A stretch of DNA of 64,000 nucleotides, taken from contig CM102289.1 of the NCBI GenBank assembly GCA_046563655.1, forward strand, positions 3,348,001-3,412,000, in the 5' to 3' direction. The stretch comes from Yuukianura sp. NJ FZ-2021. Taxonomy: Eukaryota. The notes under the pieces are model-generated. The model was not told the DNA's origin. It searched no databases and worked only from the letters and a program-made list of their open reading frames with translations. Positions 50,267 to 63,419 of this stretch are shown here, one piece after another. A program made the translations under genes and the position numbers. How positions within the stretch are numbered: the stretch's first letter is position 1; the number at the start of each line of letters is the position of its first letter.

Positions 50267-53200
50267 GTGAAACGTCTCATTGATTACGGATTCGGTTCAA
50301 AACATTCTACGAAGGAGAAAGTTCTATTTTTAGTAAGCTTTCACCGAAACAACATTTGGTTTCAATGTTGTTTTTGTTATTATTGTATTGTTTGCGCAGT
50401 TTGTCCGCTACTGCGTACCTTATAGTGGCCATTGAGCAGTCTAATGCGATTTTATGAGGCAGTTGCATCTTATGGGATTTGGACACAAAAAAGTTGGATT
50501 TACGGTATAAAATGATGTTGGCGGGAAACGATTGACGGGAGCTTTAGCAACAAGACTTTGACCTTTAGCTTGGATTTGATGGAAAATGATTTAGTAGGCA
50601 ATAGAGATCCTCACATATCCGAGGAAACATAAATTCAAGCTCAGACAAGATCCATGATTATAGACCTATTTTGAACTTTCCCGTCAACAAAGAAAGAGTT
50701 GTGGGGTGTCAAGAGCACTTTAACCTCGGTCGATACGGTTGAATAACAAGTAAGTACATTGAACGTATAGCATTTTTTATCTTAAATTATTTGCCTTTGA
50801 GGCTTTTCCAAGGATTCTTTTGAAATCATAACAGTTGCTTCCGAGAGAATTGCATGAAAAAGGAACATACCGACAGACAGATTCGTTTTCATTATGTAAT
50901 AAAGTACAGTTAAGTGAGTAAAAAACACAAAGGGAATATGGTGATGGCGTGAAAAATTTTAATAGGAAGGAACCATATTGAGTTGATTAAGAGAAAATTA
51001 TTTCAAAAGTTCTTGATTGGAACTTTCAAAACTTTAAATTTTGAAACTTTTTGGTGAAACTCCTCAAAGTGAGTAACTCATGAGACTGAAGCATATCAAA
51101 ACTCAAAGGGAAATGTGGTTAATCAACGTTATTCAATTTTCAAGAGGAGTTAAAGTTACCCAAAAAGCTCGTTGTTTTACCAATTTAGTTTCATAATTTT
51201 GAGAGCAATAAAAGTTGGAAGAAGTACTTGACATTGGGGCTGTGTGGGTTTGAGTGCTTTTGTAAACCTGATTATGGTGAAAGTAATTGGACTGTGGACT
51301 CCTCTCCACTGTGTGCCTAATTCAAATGGTCTAAAAAGAAAACTTTTTCATTATTCCAAACTCGGAAACTTTCGTCGCTAGTAAGTGTTATTTCACAAAG
51401 CAAATCTCTTCCTTGTTTTCAAAGCGGCGCCATATTCTGCGCAACTTACTAAAATGCACAGTACACTGCCTCGTTCCGGTTATCCAGTTACACAAAAAGA
51501 CAAGCTAGAATTTCAGATGACAGTTTGTTTTGTTTCTTCAAAAACGTAATCGCTTTACACTGGCACGCTGTGCAGAGAAAAGTACATAACTAACAGATCA
51601 AATTCATTTTTGTGTAAATGCTTCTTGAAAAAAGTCATTTTTGTGGGTAGCGGGTCATAAAAAAAGAAAAACTTTATTTTAACTTCCGTTTTTGTCTCTG
51701 TACCAAACCGAATTGTGACTCCCGCGTTCCCAGTTGTGTAGCGTTATGGATTTGTAGATCTCCAGCCATAGAACTCCATAACTCATAAACTTAATGGATC
51801 GAAAGGACAGAAACTCACCCGCGAACTCCCAATACCCACCGACCAATCGCATAACTTTAAATTTTGGACCAAAATCAACAACAGACATTCAGCAAAATTT
51901 CCGTACTTAAAATTTATCTTTGTCATTTAAGCTTGAAGTTTAGAATTAATCTTCCTTTTGTCTCCTTCGTTCCGTTTTCTCTTAGTCGTTCACTATTGGC
52001 AGTCGTAGTTGACTGATACGCGTTGTTAATTCGTTTAAATGCGACACTGGAGAAAGCAATGTCAACCTTACTCAAGCCATCTCATAACTCTAACAACTCT
52101 TGACGGTTCCTTAGTTCAAACGACTTGGAAAACGAAATGAAATTGAACTTTTCTTTTTAGAAAAAGAAAGTGATGCCGTAAAAAAAAACTTTCTATTGCT
52201 TAATCAATAACTCCAGGCAGTCGCACTACTGTGCTTGAGATGTTGTATTTCGACGGATGCTGGAGTACTGCTCACGAAATCAACTATTCCATTTCTCTCT
52301 GAAAAATATTCCATCTGTCACGACGCTTTTGAAAAAGAAATGGAGGTTGACAGAGTAGTGTGTCAGTAGTGTGTTATTTGGATACTGGAGGTTTAGCCTC
52401 GCCCTTCTCATAGGAAAGTGTAACATCTCTCTTTCTCCCTCTTCTTTGTTCAGTTTGTGGGTGAGAGATCGAGGGAGAAGGCATGTTGCATTGTTGGTTA
52501 GAAGAGCTTTTGAATTTCCCAGACACTGGCAGTGGTTGATGACGTTTAGGTTTGGCGCGGGAAGGTTTGAATTGGTTCGGTGGTAATATCCTGCCATATA
52601 GCGTTAGGTTAGCTTATCCTATGTCTTTTTTATTGACATAGGCTGCATCTCCAGCACTTGGTTTGTCTCCAAGTCCCGAAAGCGATGAAACTGATATCTT
52701 ATTAATAGGAAGGGGCAGTGCTTAAGTAATAAATCATGTCTCGTGCAAATTAGTATTGGCTTTGTTGCCAATTCTACTGCCCATCCCAACGTTTATTCCT
52801 CTCGTGGGCGTAGGCTACGCTCTTTTCAAAATATCGCTATTTTAGGTCTTATAGTTTGTCTGTTTTGAGAAGGGTTTTTTGTTTTCGTTCGCTTTTGCTT
52901 CAATTATGACGCGTATGGAAAAACAATTAGGTTTTGAGAAACACTTTCTCCATTAGGCGTGGACACCAAATTTCGGAAAATTGATAATTTCTATGTTAGC
53001 GGTTCATAATGCGATTGGATTTTTTTTTTGTGGAGGTCACCAAAGTTCACAAACAGAACTTAAATGCAAAACCAAATGAGAAAATTTGTTTACTACAAAG
53101 TAAAGCGCAGTTTACCACAATTTCAAAATAAAGTACAGAAAATTTGTTGCAAAAGTTGTACAAGTCAAGTTTACAGAAAAACCGCAAAATTTTGTTGTCA

Positions 53201-54942
53201 AACACTAGTAGGTGAACAAGAATTGGCCGAAGTTTTTGCGGTTGAACAGAAAATACATGTTCTCTTACTGCTTTTGCTTAAATTCGCACGAATTCGTACA
53301 TGTTTTTCAATATTTTTGAAAGTGCTAGAATGGCCTTGGGGAAGTGCTCAGAATCGGTTTCTAGTATATACTCTTGGCAACTCTCACAAAAATTTGAGCT
53401 TCCACTTGATTTACTGCTGTCAAGGTCTCATTCTTGGTTGGATTTATTGTGTTATAAGAAAGTTCCTATAGCGCGAAGGAAGGGAAAGAATTCCAGCAAA
53501 ATAAGAAAAATTGGAAATCCATTTTCCTCTTTTTCTTTCCATTTCAGCTTTCTTTTTCTTCTTCCGCAATTTCTCCGAGCAGCGTTTTTCCAAGTACCCA
53601 ACTATACAGCTCTACTTTCTCCTGCTCAAGAACTACGTTTTGACCGTGCTCTGTGACATAAACGTCCACCACATCTGATATGTGTGTACGTTTTCTTATC
53701 TTCATTTCTTTTGTCTGAAGTAGGATGTCAGACTGTCATGACAAAATACGAAATCTTGATTGGAATCCACATTTAGCTACAAATACCTTAGATTAATCAC
53801 AAGAGCCACCAAACAGATGAAAAACAAACTTGTTCGATGTATTCAAACTGCGCCATCAAAATTGAACTTATTAATTCAAAGCAACCTTTTAGAAAAAAAC
53901 CATAACTCCACTAACTAAACCCTGTAATTTGTTTCAAAGACTCCCGAGTGTAAGGAAACATCTTTTTACTGTCCTTGTTGTAGATTTTTTTTCCTTTGTT
54001 TTTGTTTTTGATTCAAAAATTGCGACAATTCTGAAAATGGTTTCTTTCATCCAAGTCGCCAAAGTTTCATTAAATCATGACGGAGTAAACAAAACTGTCA
54101 AAAAAAAATCCAAAAAAAATTTCAGTTCATGAAAAGTTGGCAGCCTCATAAACGAAGTAACCACAAGACGAATGCGCATGTAGTAGAAATTTGCCTTAGG
54201 CCGTATTTTTCTTCTTCCATTTTGTTTACTTCTCTTTTGCTTTCCCCCGTCAGTTCAAAGACTCTTCTTCAATGTTGAAAGATTCTATATCAAGAGCACT
54301 TCAGGCCAAAATTGAATTAATTTTTTCACTCAAGTCTACTTTCTTTTTTAATCAAAAAGCGACATTTGAACACAGGAAATTTAAAATTTTTGCCAATTTA
54401 AAACTCATCGTATTCCGCTGCTTTCGTGCTACACTTACAAAAACTTGCACTTTTTGTTTAGTCTACTTGATTTAACATTTCCTCTCTCCGCGGAATACTA
54501 AAAATAAACGTAATCTTTCCCGCTCCAGTCTTGAGCGTTTCCCAGCAGAGCAGAGCTTCGATTAATAAAAATAAATAGTAAGATAACACTCAAATTCGAA
54601 CCCATTTCAATAAGTTTTGGCGGGAACCGCTTTCAGTACCACCCGTTGGACGGAAAGGCGTGAATTCAAATATGAATTTCCGAAAGTGAAAGTGGTTTGG
54701 GAGCCGAAACAGCGCAGGAAGGAAGTAAATTAATTTGAAAGTAGGGAAATGGTCATAAGGGCGCATAAAACTAAAACAGAGGGAAACAGGATGAGGTTAG
54801 TCTCGATTTGGACGCAGTTTTTGAGCTCGGGAGTTTGGTTGCTCTCGCATTTAAGTTTGGGAAATAATAATAACTGTTCGTCGAAGCGATGTGGCTCGGT
54901 AGTTTTACTGATACAATTTATTTTTATGTTGTTTCTAACTAG

Positions 54943-55082
54943 GTTCAATACAGGGAGAGCATGAGAAGAAGTTACTCAACGCTCTGCTCGAAAAGTACCA
55001 ACTGCTCGAACGACCCGTCAAGAATGAGTCCACGCCACTCCAGCTCTCCTTTGGGCTAACTCTGATGCAAATAATTGATGTG
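54943..55082 (+). CDS. nAChRalpha7: Nicotinic acetylcholine receptor alpha subunit, alpha7 clade (insect alpha5/6/7 group); coding exon equivalent to exon 2
   Basis: AG at 54941-54942 and GTAAGA at 55083. The 140-nt exon (phase 1 to phase 0) translates as xSIQGEHEKKLLNALLEKYQLLERPVKNESTPLQLSFGLTLMQIIDV. This matches the insect alpha7-type N-terminus (GPHEKRLL...LERPV.NES.PLQLSFGLTLMQIIDV), including the NES glycosylation sequon. It is missing from the ORF track because it is an internal exon. The exact paralogue is less certain than the clade. Confidence 0.95.
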
Positions 55083-55380
55083 GTAAGAGAATTCCTTACT
55101 TTGGCAACAACGTTACACAAAGAAAGTTTTTGGGAAGAGTAGGAAAAGTGTCAGATAGATCAAATGAAAATTCGTTAGTTCCTCGCCCTAAATAATTCTG
55201 ACAACTACAAAGCTACAGAGCTTCTTCCAATTTCAAAAAACTTTTCAGACATGGGAACAGAAAGTGTTCTAAAAACTCGTTTCCCATCTCGAAAATGATT
55301 TTCAAAACTTTTCAAAAACAAGTTTGGCACTACAAAAAGAAATTAGTCTAAATATCCTACGGTAATCAAGGTTTGTTGAA

Positions 55381-55682
55381 ACGAAAAGTTAATTTTCTTT
55401 GACAGGTTTGGTACTACCTCGTTTATTGACAGAAAAAAAAATTGGTACCAATTTTGGTACCAACCCAAAAAATTTTTTTTTATTTTCTAAACAAATTTTC
55501 GATATTACTCAATCAATTACCCAAAAAATTATTACCAATTCGTATGGAAAATTTAAAAAATTCGGCTGTATTGTTATGAGTAACATGTCCTGAAATGAAA
55601 AAACACTTTTTTTGCAAAATAAAAAAAAAGCATAATGCATTACCCAACATGTTAAAGAAAATCAAAGTCAACAAACCTTGCT
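55381..55682 (+). repeat. Diverged interspersed repeat, copy 2
   Basis: Inverted match to 5558-5813. The ORF track also shows the parallel pseudo-peptides KKHKALLNLLKKIKVNKPC and KKHNALPNMLKKIKVNKPC. Confidence 0.8.
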
Positions 55683-58600
55683 TGCACGATAATCTTCGCG
55701 TTTCTATCGGTTTCTGCAATAATAATAGGTTTGACGTTTTAAAAAATTTTTTGAAAAAACTTTCGATCTGGTCAAGAGTCAAGGCCGTTTATTTTAAAGG
55801 ACGCTTCAAAAATAAGTTAAGCCGACAGGAATTGGCAACAGAAATGGCGCCGCATCGGTTGAGAATGGTTTGTGTAACATCCTACTCTACTTTCACTTTT
55901 GTTGTTTGTTCTACAAAAGTTTCTGGAAGAGATCAATGTAGGGATTAATTCTTGTGACTGTTCCAGATGAACCTAGAATATGGCAGAGTTGAGGGATCCA
56001 ATTATGATTTATTTACTCATCTTACACATTAAATTGGCTCCCTGAGCTGTACATAATTGTGTCTTGTCTTGAATTGACAATTGAATCCCCATTGTATCCC
56101 CAGTGTGCTCCACTTTCCCATCTCCAAGTCTAATCTCTCCATTATCTCTCAACCTCCACAAACTTTTGTTTATGACGCTGTAGGGAAAATTGGATGGCTA
56201 GAATATATTAAAACTTTATGGAAAACTGGAGATGGTTTAGTGCCACCTTGGCTAACGACTTGCGGCTGACAAAATTTCTAACAAAATTCTTACTAAACAT
56301 ATCTCGCACAAACAGAAACAGATTTTAAACTTAGCTTAAACACGTCACTCTAAACAATTTGACCTTGACCTGAATAAGTCTAGCAGAGGAAAGCTTTTTA
56401 ACTTAACTGACGTGACTACCCAAACTTTTCCGAATAATTTACGGTCAACCTTCATTTCATTTTTTATAGTTAACTTTACTTAACTCTAACTTTCAAAGCA
56501 GCGAAAAACATATTTAGGAAATTTGGATTTAGGAATAATTTTGTTAGGAGGCTAAGATTCCGCTAAAGTAGAAATGATGATGACACATGCTGGGAAGTTG
56601 TTCGCTGTATCATCTGGAGGCCAGTGCACTCCATAGGCGAAGCATAGAGACAATAAAGTAGAACTCGAAGAATTTTATGTTCTGCCTCCAACCAAGTAAT
56701 AAACTACTGACAACAACAAAGTAAGAATTTGGCACAGGAAACTTCCCAGTGGCGCTCAATAACGCCGTCTTTTAGGAAACAGTGTCGCATGGAGAACAAT
56801 TAATAAAAAATTTCCACATTTGCCTCTCTGTTGTGTAATTTATTGCATCCCATCAGTAGCGAGATCATTAAATGTTGCAACAACAAATCATTCTCACTAC
56901 TAAAATTTTAAATTTCAAGGTTTTTTTTTTTTTGAAAATCTAAGCATTCCTTATCGATTTCTCTCAAAAGTTACTGTTGTTTTTGTTAAAAAGCGTTGAT
57001 CTCACAGGCGATAATTTTGCAACGCTTTGCAGTGTCTGAAAGTGCCCCGGTTGAGTTTCACTCTGAGTTAGCTCCTGTATCGGTTGTAGTTTTAATTAAA
57101 TGTAGCCGTGCCGTGGCGGTGTCGGATTGCCAAACAGCAGCAAATAACTTTAGGCTGGTAATGAACTCATTTGGCTCTGTTTAGACTTAATTCTAAATTG
57201 GAATACAAAGCACAGACCTTCCTCGCCAAATGAATTGTGCTAATCAGGGGGTGGGATCTTGACGTTCCTGCGGAGTTTGCTGCAGCAGCTCGAGTAACCT
57301 GGCCTAACATAGCAAGTTTCCCACCACCGTAGAAAGTTCGGAGATAATCATAATTTTAGTCAGGCTGAGAGGCCCTTTACATTTCACAGAAAACCAAAGC
57401 CAAGGCAAAGTCTCCGTCACTTTGTAAAATTAAGTGTAACCTCGCCATTGCTCTCACGTTAAGTTAGACTGCTCTTGTTGAACAAGAATCGATATTCCCA
57501 GCACTTCGAGAGTATTTACAGATGACATGGTTTGAATCTAGGCTGGAAGAGCATTAAGGACCAATTACACAAGCCGCAGCAGTTGCACTTTAACCAGCGT
57601 CTTCTTAATCCTCTTCTTCCAATTAATATTTGCCTATAAAATGTAAACCTCCTTTCCCTTAAGCCTACTCCAAAAATATTAATATTATTTATTAAGTTTC
57701 TACCGTTACGTATAAACGTATATAATGAAGAGTGCCAAAAATTGGTATAAAATGGCTTGAAATTTAGAAACTCGAAAATGTTAAAATTTTATTTGAATCT
57801 GATCTAACCGTAACCATAGAAATGGCTTAGATTGTTATAGCTTTAGGAAAGTGAAATGAAGATGCGTCTTTTTTGGATCGATTTGACTCAGAAATTTTTT
57901 TGAAAATGAAAAATGAAGCTCATTTTTTGCGTTCTATTTCTTAGAAAAAGTTTGGGTTGGCGTTGAGTCAGCACTTTAATTAAGGCTCGAGCACCAAACT
58001 TGGAATGTTTTAGAGTGAACAGAGTTAATAGGCGCATAAGAAAAAGTTTAGACTGAAGATCATTTGCCTCACTTATTCAGTGACTAATTGGATTTACATT
58101 GTGCAAGTATAATCCACCCCAACTTCCTTTCACTGTTTCCTTTTCAAAAAACTTCGCAAATAATTTTGAAACGTTCTTAAAAGATACAAACACTTTACAA
58201 AATGACTAAACCCCATGCGTTCTCTTTTCAAAATTCCGCCGTCTCCTTGTTCCTTGATAGTTTGAAATTGAAATCTCATGTTCTTTGGAAGCATGGCGTT
58301 GAGAGCTCCATTTTGATTCGAAAAAGAGGAATTGGCCTTCACATGTTAATAAAATAGCTGGTCATGATTTACGATGGGAACGAGGTGCCTCATTTATTGT
58401 GGGTTTCAGAATTGGACTAGAGTCTATAACCTATATGTCTCCGTTCCATTGAAGAAAGTTAGGTTATTCCATGTTCTTTGATGGTTCTATCAAACAGTAG
58501 TGTGGGAACAGTAGTAGTGAGGCATTCCAGAAGTCATTAGACGGAAACCTGTGAACGACCCAGGAGACTTACAGTTTCAGTTCTGCCTCACTTTCTCTCC

Positions 58601-61600
58601 TGCCGTATCGATCAAACGGAAGTGCTGAAACCTCAAGTCGAAGAAAGCACGAGGCCATTGTCCCTTTAGCACGAGGAAGTTAGGTTGTCTGGAGAATCTC
58701 ACTCTGGCGTTGACACGGAAACAGTTTCTGTCATACCTGTCACATCCATGACATGGCGCCAATTTTCAAAAAGAGAGAGAGAGGTCACAGAAGCGATTGT
58801 TAACTTTGTCGACTTAATTTCACTCAATTGTTTTCAATCTCATTCAATTTAAAAACTGTCCAGTCATGGTCACGCAACCACAATTAAGTACTTAATTGTA
58901 GAACTACTTTTTCATTTTTAAGCAAATAACGTCACGAAACGCAAATTACCACAATTGATCAAGAATTGACGAATTGAATGACTTCACTTCCCTAACAAAT
59001 TTCAATTTTCATACTTCAAAATTTCAATGTTGATTTTTGCAGTAAAATTGAACTTTTGTCAGTTTTTAAGTAGCGAAAGCTACTTTATGCATATAAGATA
59101 GGCGGAGAATATTTGCGTAGATATCAAAATAAAGTCAATGTAAATTTAGTTTTTTGTTTTTGAAGAAAGTTTCTGAAATTTCACTAAAATTAGTAAGACG
59201 CCCAAGCGGATTTCCGGAGTTGAGTAGGTTGTGTTTACAATTCGGTGGGAAAACTATGAAGGCGAAAAGTTGAGAAAAGTTTTATGCAGTGATTTTAGTC
59301 CCGGATTCAATTTCAGGTTAGTTGTTTTGGTAGTTCTTTGTAGATTTTAGTTCTTGTGTTCGGTCTGGTGCGTTCTGTGTGCTAACTTTAATTAAAACTG
59401 TCATAAACTTTTACTCAGGATACAAAGAAGGAAAAATGAGGATCTAATGGTAGAAAGTTTTCTTTTATAATCCGAAGAATTGGTCTTTCTGAAGGAAATA
59501 GAAATGAATAAGAGGAGAGCGCAGGAGTTTAGGAATAAAAGAAACTTTCTCCAGTGTCATGTGAAGGACTGACAAAATAGACGGGTTAAAAGAGGACTGA
59601 ATGGGATTTATTAGTCTAGTCTTTTGGTTAGGTTGAGTTAGCCTAACAGAAACCTAGTTCTACACTCCTGGACTCGTTTGTCCGTGACTTCAAAGCGGCT
59701 AAATCTCTTCCTGCAGTGCAAGAGTGCAACACGCAAGCAACTTGATTCATCTTAAAATGGTGGAGGAGATGCCGTGGGAATTCTATTTCTGCGCATGTTC
59801 TAACGTGTTAGTAAGTTATCTTAGACTTCCACATATTTCTTTTAGATTTTGAAACTCATCGTTTTTGAAATGAGCAGTAGTGGTGAAAGCAAGTCTGGTT
59901 GTTTCCTACATCGTCAGGTTACATTCAAGTACATTTGAGTAGACACTCATAACACTATCTTTGGCATAAGCGTGGTAAAGAAGGCGGAAATGGATATGAG
60001 TTTTGAAGGAAACCGCAGTTGAGAAACACTGAACTTTGTCAGTGCGGACTTTCTCTGCAGCTTCATTTTCAGTTTTAGCGAGAACCACTTGAGAACTCGT
60101 AGGAAAGGCTCTATTTTAAGTTAGGTTAAGATGATAGGCTAGATTTTATGAACAGCTCTATTCTATGTTACGTTAAGAGAATTTTCCCCGTTGTACTTTC
60201 ACTGCCAGCTCCGCCTCTAGAGAAAGTGGTGCTGTAAATCCCTGGCTTTCTGGACATAAACGCTGCTATTTCCGAATAGGAGAAAACATGAAAGAGTTGG
60301 GTAATTATTCCGACTTGATGGGTTAATAACAAAGAATAAATCAGAGGCAGGGTTTGGGTTAGCGTGCATCTCCAACGTTTACTTTTGCTCAAAGTAAGTG
60401 TTGTTTCTAATATGAAAGCATTCGTCACTTTCACTCCTTCAACACGTAAGGTTCCTGAGACATTACCTTGAAGCCTTCTTCGAGAATTGCAATAGAAGAA
60501 ATGAAATCACCAACTTAAGTATTAATGGCTGTTAGCAACGGATTTAACGTAAATGTATCAGACGATTAAAAACATTTATTGACAGTTTATAAGTCTTAAC
60601 GCGCGGTTTCCTAACAATTTGAGTTTAATATTTCCAGAAATTGTTTTTGCTGGTGGTGTTTTATCTTAAATGGACTTTCCCGCCACTTTTTTGTTTTCCC
60701 GCAAAAACAAGCCACTGCGTTAATATTTGTGTTATTTTAAACATTTCTGGAGTTTTCTTTATCATTGATGAAATAGATAAAGTAAGAAATCGTTTTCGGA
60801 TATCTTAGATTTTGTGTGTGAGGAACGGTGTCCAGGATAAGGTACTTTTTGATAGTAGAACAAAAAAAAGTAGTAATCCACCTAACATAACGTACGTTTT
60901 CCGCCCATTTTTTGAACCATGATCGCCCTTCCTAGTTGCAGTGCCTATCTTGTGTTTTTGGTCCTGTGAAGAGTAGCGGAAGGAGTTGAAGGAAAAACGA
61001 AGAGTGGATTTTTTCCTCCTCTTCCTCTTAAGTTCCCAGCTACAAATAACACGGATATGGGCGGAAAGAGAAAGTCTTTTTTGAAATAAAAAGTCTTGCA
61101 AGGACGACGATTTTCCGTAACGTCGTCTCTCTTCTTCTTCTGACTCATGGCCAACCGTGTCTCTGCTTTTAGCTATGGCTAGGTTAGCTTGAGTCTGATG
61201 CCTTGCAAACTTTCTCCTCTTTTGGCCTGTTCATCTCGAAAGTCTCCGCTTTCTCATCCTAATAGTGATACATCGCACTTCCACTTTTTCCTCGACTTCG
61301 TTTAATTTCTTCAGCGTTTCAGCTTAGCAACAGCCGGCTAAGAGGGGATGCTGGTGGAGACTTTGAGAGAGACACGAAAATGGAAACAAGGGCTCTCACG
61401 TCGTCGTCCTACTCCGTTTGAGTGACATTTTTAATTTTATAAACGGCTTCACGCATTTCTCATTCCTAACATGGAAGTATGGAGGCTCCTCTGAAGCTCT
61501 CCAATTCATTAGTGTCATTGTTCACAAAAGTGATGAGCTTGAGCTTTAATTTACTGACATTCAAGAGCACAAACCTCGGGCGCATGAGTCACTTTTTCCA

Positions 61601-63269
61601 ATTTCAAAATTCATGATTTTATGCTTAACTTGTTTCGGTTCAGGATAGATTGAATTTGAGGTTTGGAATGAGAAAGCCTAGGGTTAGAGTCTAACTTTCT
61701 TCTATTAGAGACTTTCTCCTTGATGGTTAAGCTAAACCTAACCTGTTCGATCTGTTTTCTAGGAAGTGGATGTAATAAAATCTGTTCTGGGAGAAAGCGT
61801 AATGATGGAATATGTGTAGAGAAGGGATATTGATTTGATTTATTTGGAGTAAAGGCACATAAGCATGGAAAACCTTCTGATCCTTCCACCTGCCCCAACT
61901 TTTTCTTGGAACGAAACACGATCCCTCGACAAGCTTAAGTTCTTGTGCCATTTTGCTTAACCTAACTTAACGTAGCAGCACGCATTTAACTGCGACACAC
62001 AACACTTCTCTGGTTAACCTAACCTGTAAAACTTGCAACATCAGGGACTAAGGTTAATGTAGGAAACCTAGCCAACTTGGATGTCTCTCTGCGTGATTTC
62101 TCTAAAAAGCGAGGTTCCTTCTGGAGAAAAGTTAATTTGACACCTGCCAACTGAGTTCATATTGGAAATCTCTTAAGCGATACAAGTCTCTCCTGCTACT
62201 AAATCTTTTTGTTTTTCACTCCAACCTGTATCGATTCCAAGAAAAAGCAGCATGTTTACCGTTTTTTACAAAACATATAAAAAACAATTTCAAGTGAAAT
62301 ATTTTCCTGCCAAAGTATATTTTCTCCGAAATGTGAAAACCTGTCAGACTAATCATGGAATTAAACTTTGTTTGTCGGGTAAGTTCAGACAAGTCGCTTA
62401 AAATATTAATAACTTTCAAAATCAACTTTCTCCGGAGGCTCCAACTTTTGAAATAAGGTTGATTCCGGTTTTAGCCTTTGAAGAATTTTTATTCCCTTAA
62501 GAGACTTCTGGACCATGCTCCTCGTTTCGCCTGTAAGCAAAGTAATGCACCAATTTCTTTAAGAAAAATATTCGTAAGCAAACGTTGTGAGCAGCTCAAA
62601 ATTTGTTCCGGTTCTAACAATTTATCTGGTTAGTAGAAAGAATTCTGAAAAAAAGAATATTGAATAATTAAAACAGAGCGCACGCTCCGCTCTCGCTTCT
62701 TGGAGCATAACTTTTCCACTGTCTACTTCCGTGGCATTTCTCCAGAGAGTTCAAAAGCCCACTTTCACCACTTAAACAGCACAGCACAATTTTGTGTGCG
62801 CACATTCATTACACAGAAGGCGCAGAGGAAGTGGAGTAGCTTTCACTGAAACCTGTCTCCTCTACGATAACATTTCATCCACATATGGAACCTAGAGGGC
62901 TAAAAAGTCCAGAAAAAATGTAACAGAGGTCCTATTATTCAATTTCACAACAGGAAGTTTCCTTTTCCAGAACTCACTTGACTTTTTGGTTCCGTTGCCA
63001 AAAAAACGTAGGCGGACAACTCAAAAGACAAAATGGTGGAACAAGGAGGAAGTGTACGTGCTTTGATTACTGTTTCAGGAAAGATAGCTTGCACTTTTTG
63101 ACTTGCAAGGCTTGATGATCGAATCTTGAAATTTCGACTCTTGAAAGTTTGGACAATGAAAAACTGTTTCCTATTTGTCTTGGACAACTAAATTTGAGTT
63201 GTTTTTATCAAACAGGAAACTGTCAAATCTAAAGTTGCAACAGTTACACTTTTCAGAAAAAAAAAACAA

Positions 63270-63342
63270 GTCTCTTAAAAACCTTTGTTTTGAATTTCTT
63301 CTTTAAAAAACGAGTCTTATAAAAACCTTTGTTTTGAATTTC
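63270..63342. repeat. 29-bp direct duplication just upstream of the exon 3 acceptor
   Basis: gtctcttaaaaacctttgttttgaatttc (63270) and gtcttataaaaacctttgttttgaatttc (63314). Confidence 0.85.
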
Positions 63343-63374
63343 AACCAAAGCTTTACAAAATTTTTCAATTTTAG

Positions 63375-63419
63375 GATGAAAAGAACCAAATTCTTATAAC
63401 CAATACGTGGCTAACTTTG
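63375..63419 (+). CDS. nAChRalpha7: nAChR alpha7-clade subunit, 45-nt exon equivalent to exon 3 (loop D)
   Basis: ttttAG|GATGAAAAGAACCAA...TGGCTAACTTTG|GTAAGT translates as DEKNQILITNTWLTL. A 45-nt phase 0-0 exon is characteristic of alpha7-clade genes. Confidence 0.95.

Larger units (their letters stand above)
55083..63374 (+). other. Phase-0 GT-AG intron of the nAChR gene (8292 nt)
   Basis: GTAAGA donor and tttttcaattttAG acceptor join ...IIDV to DEKNQ... in frame. Confidence 0.85.
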
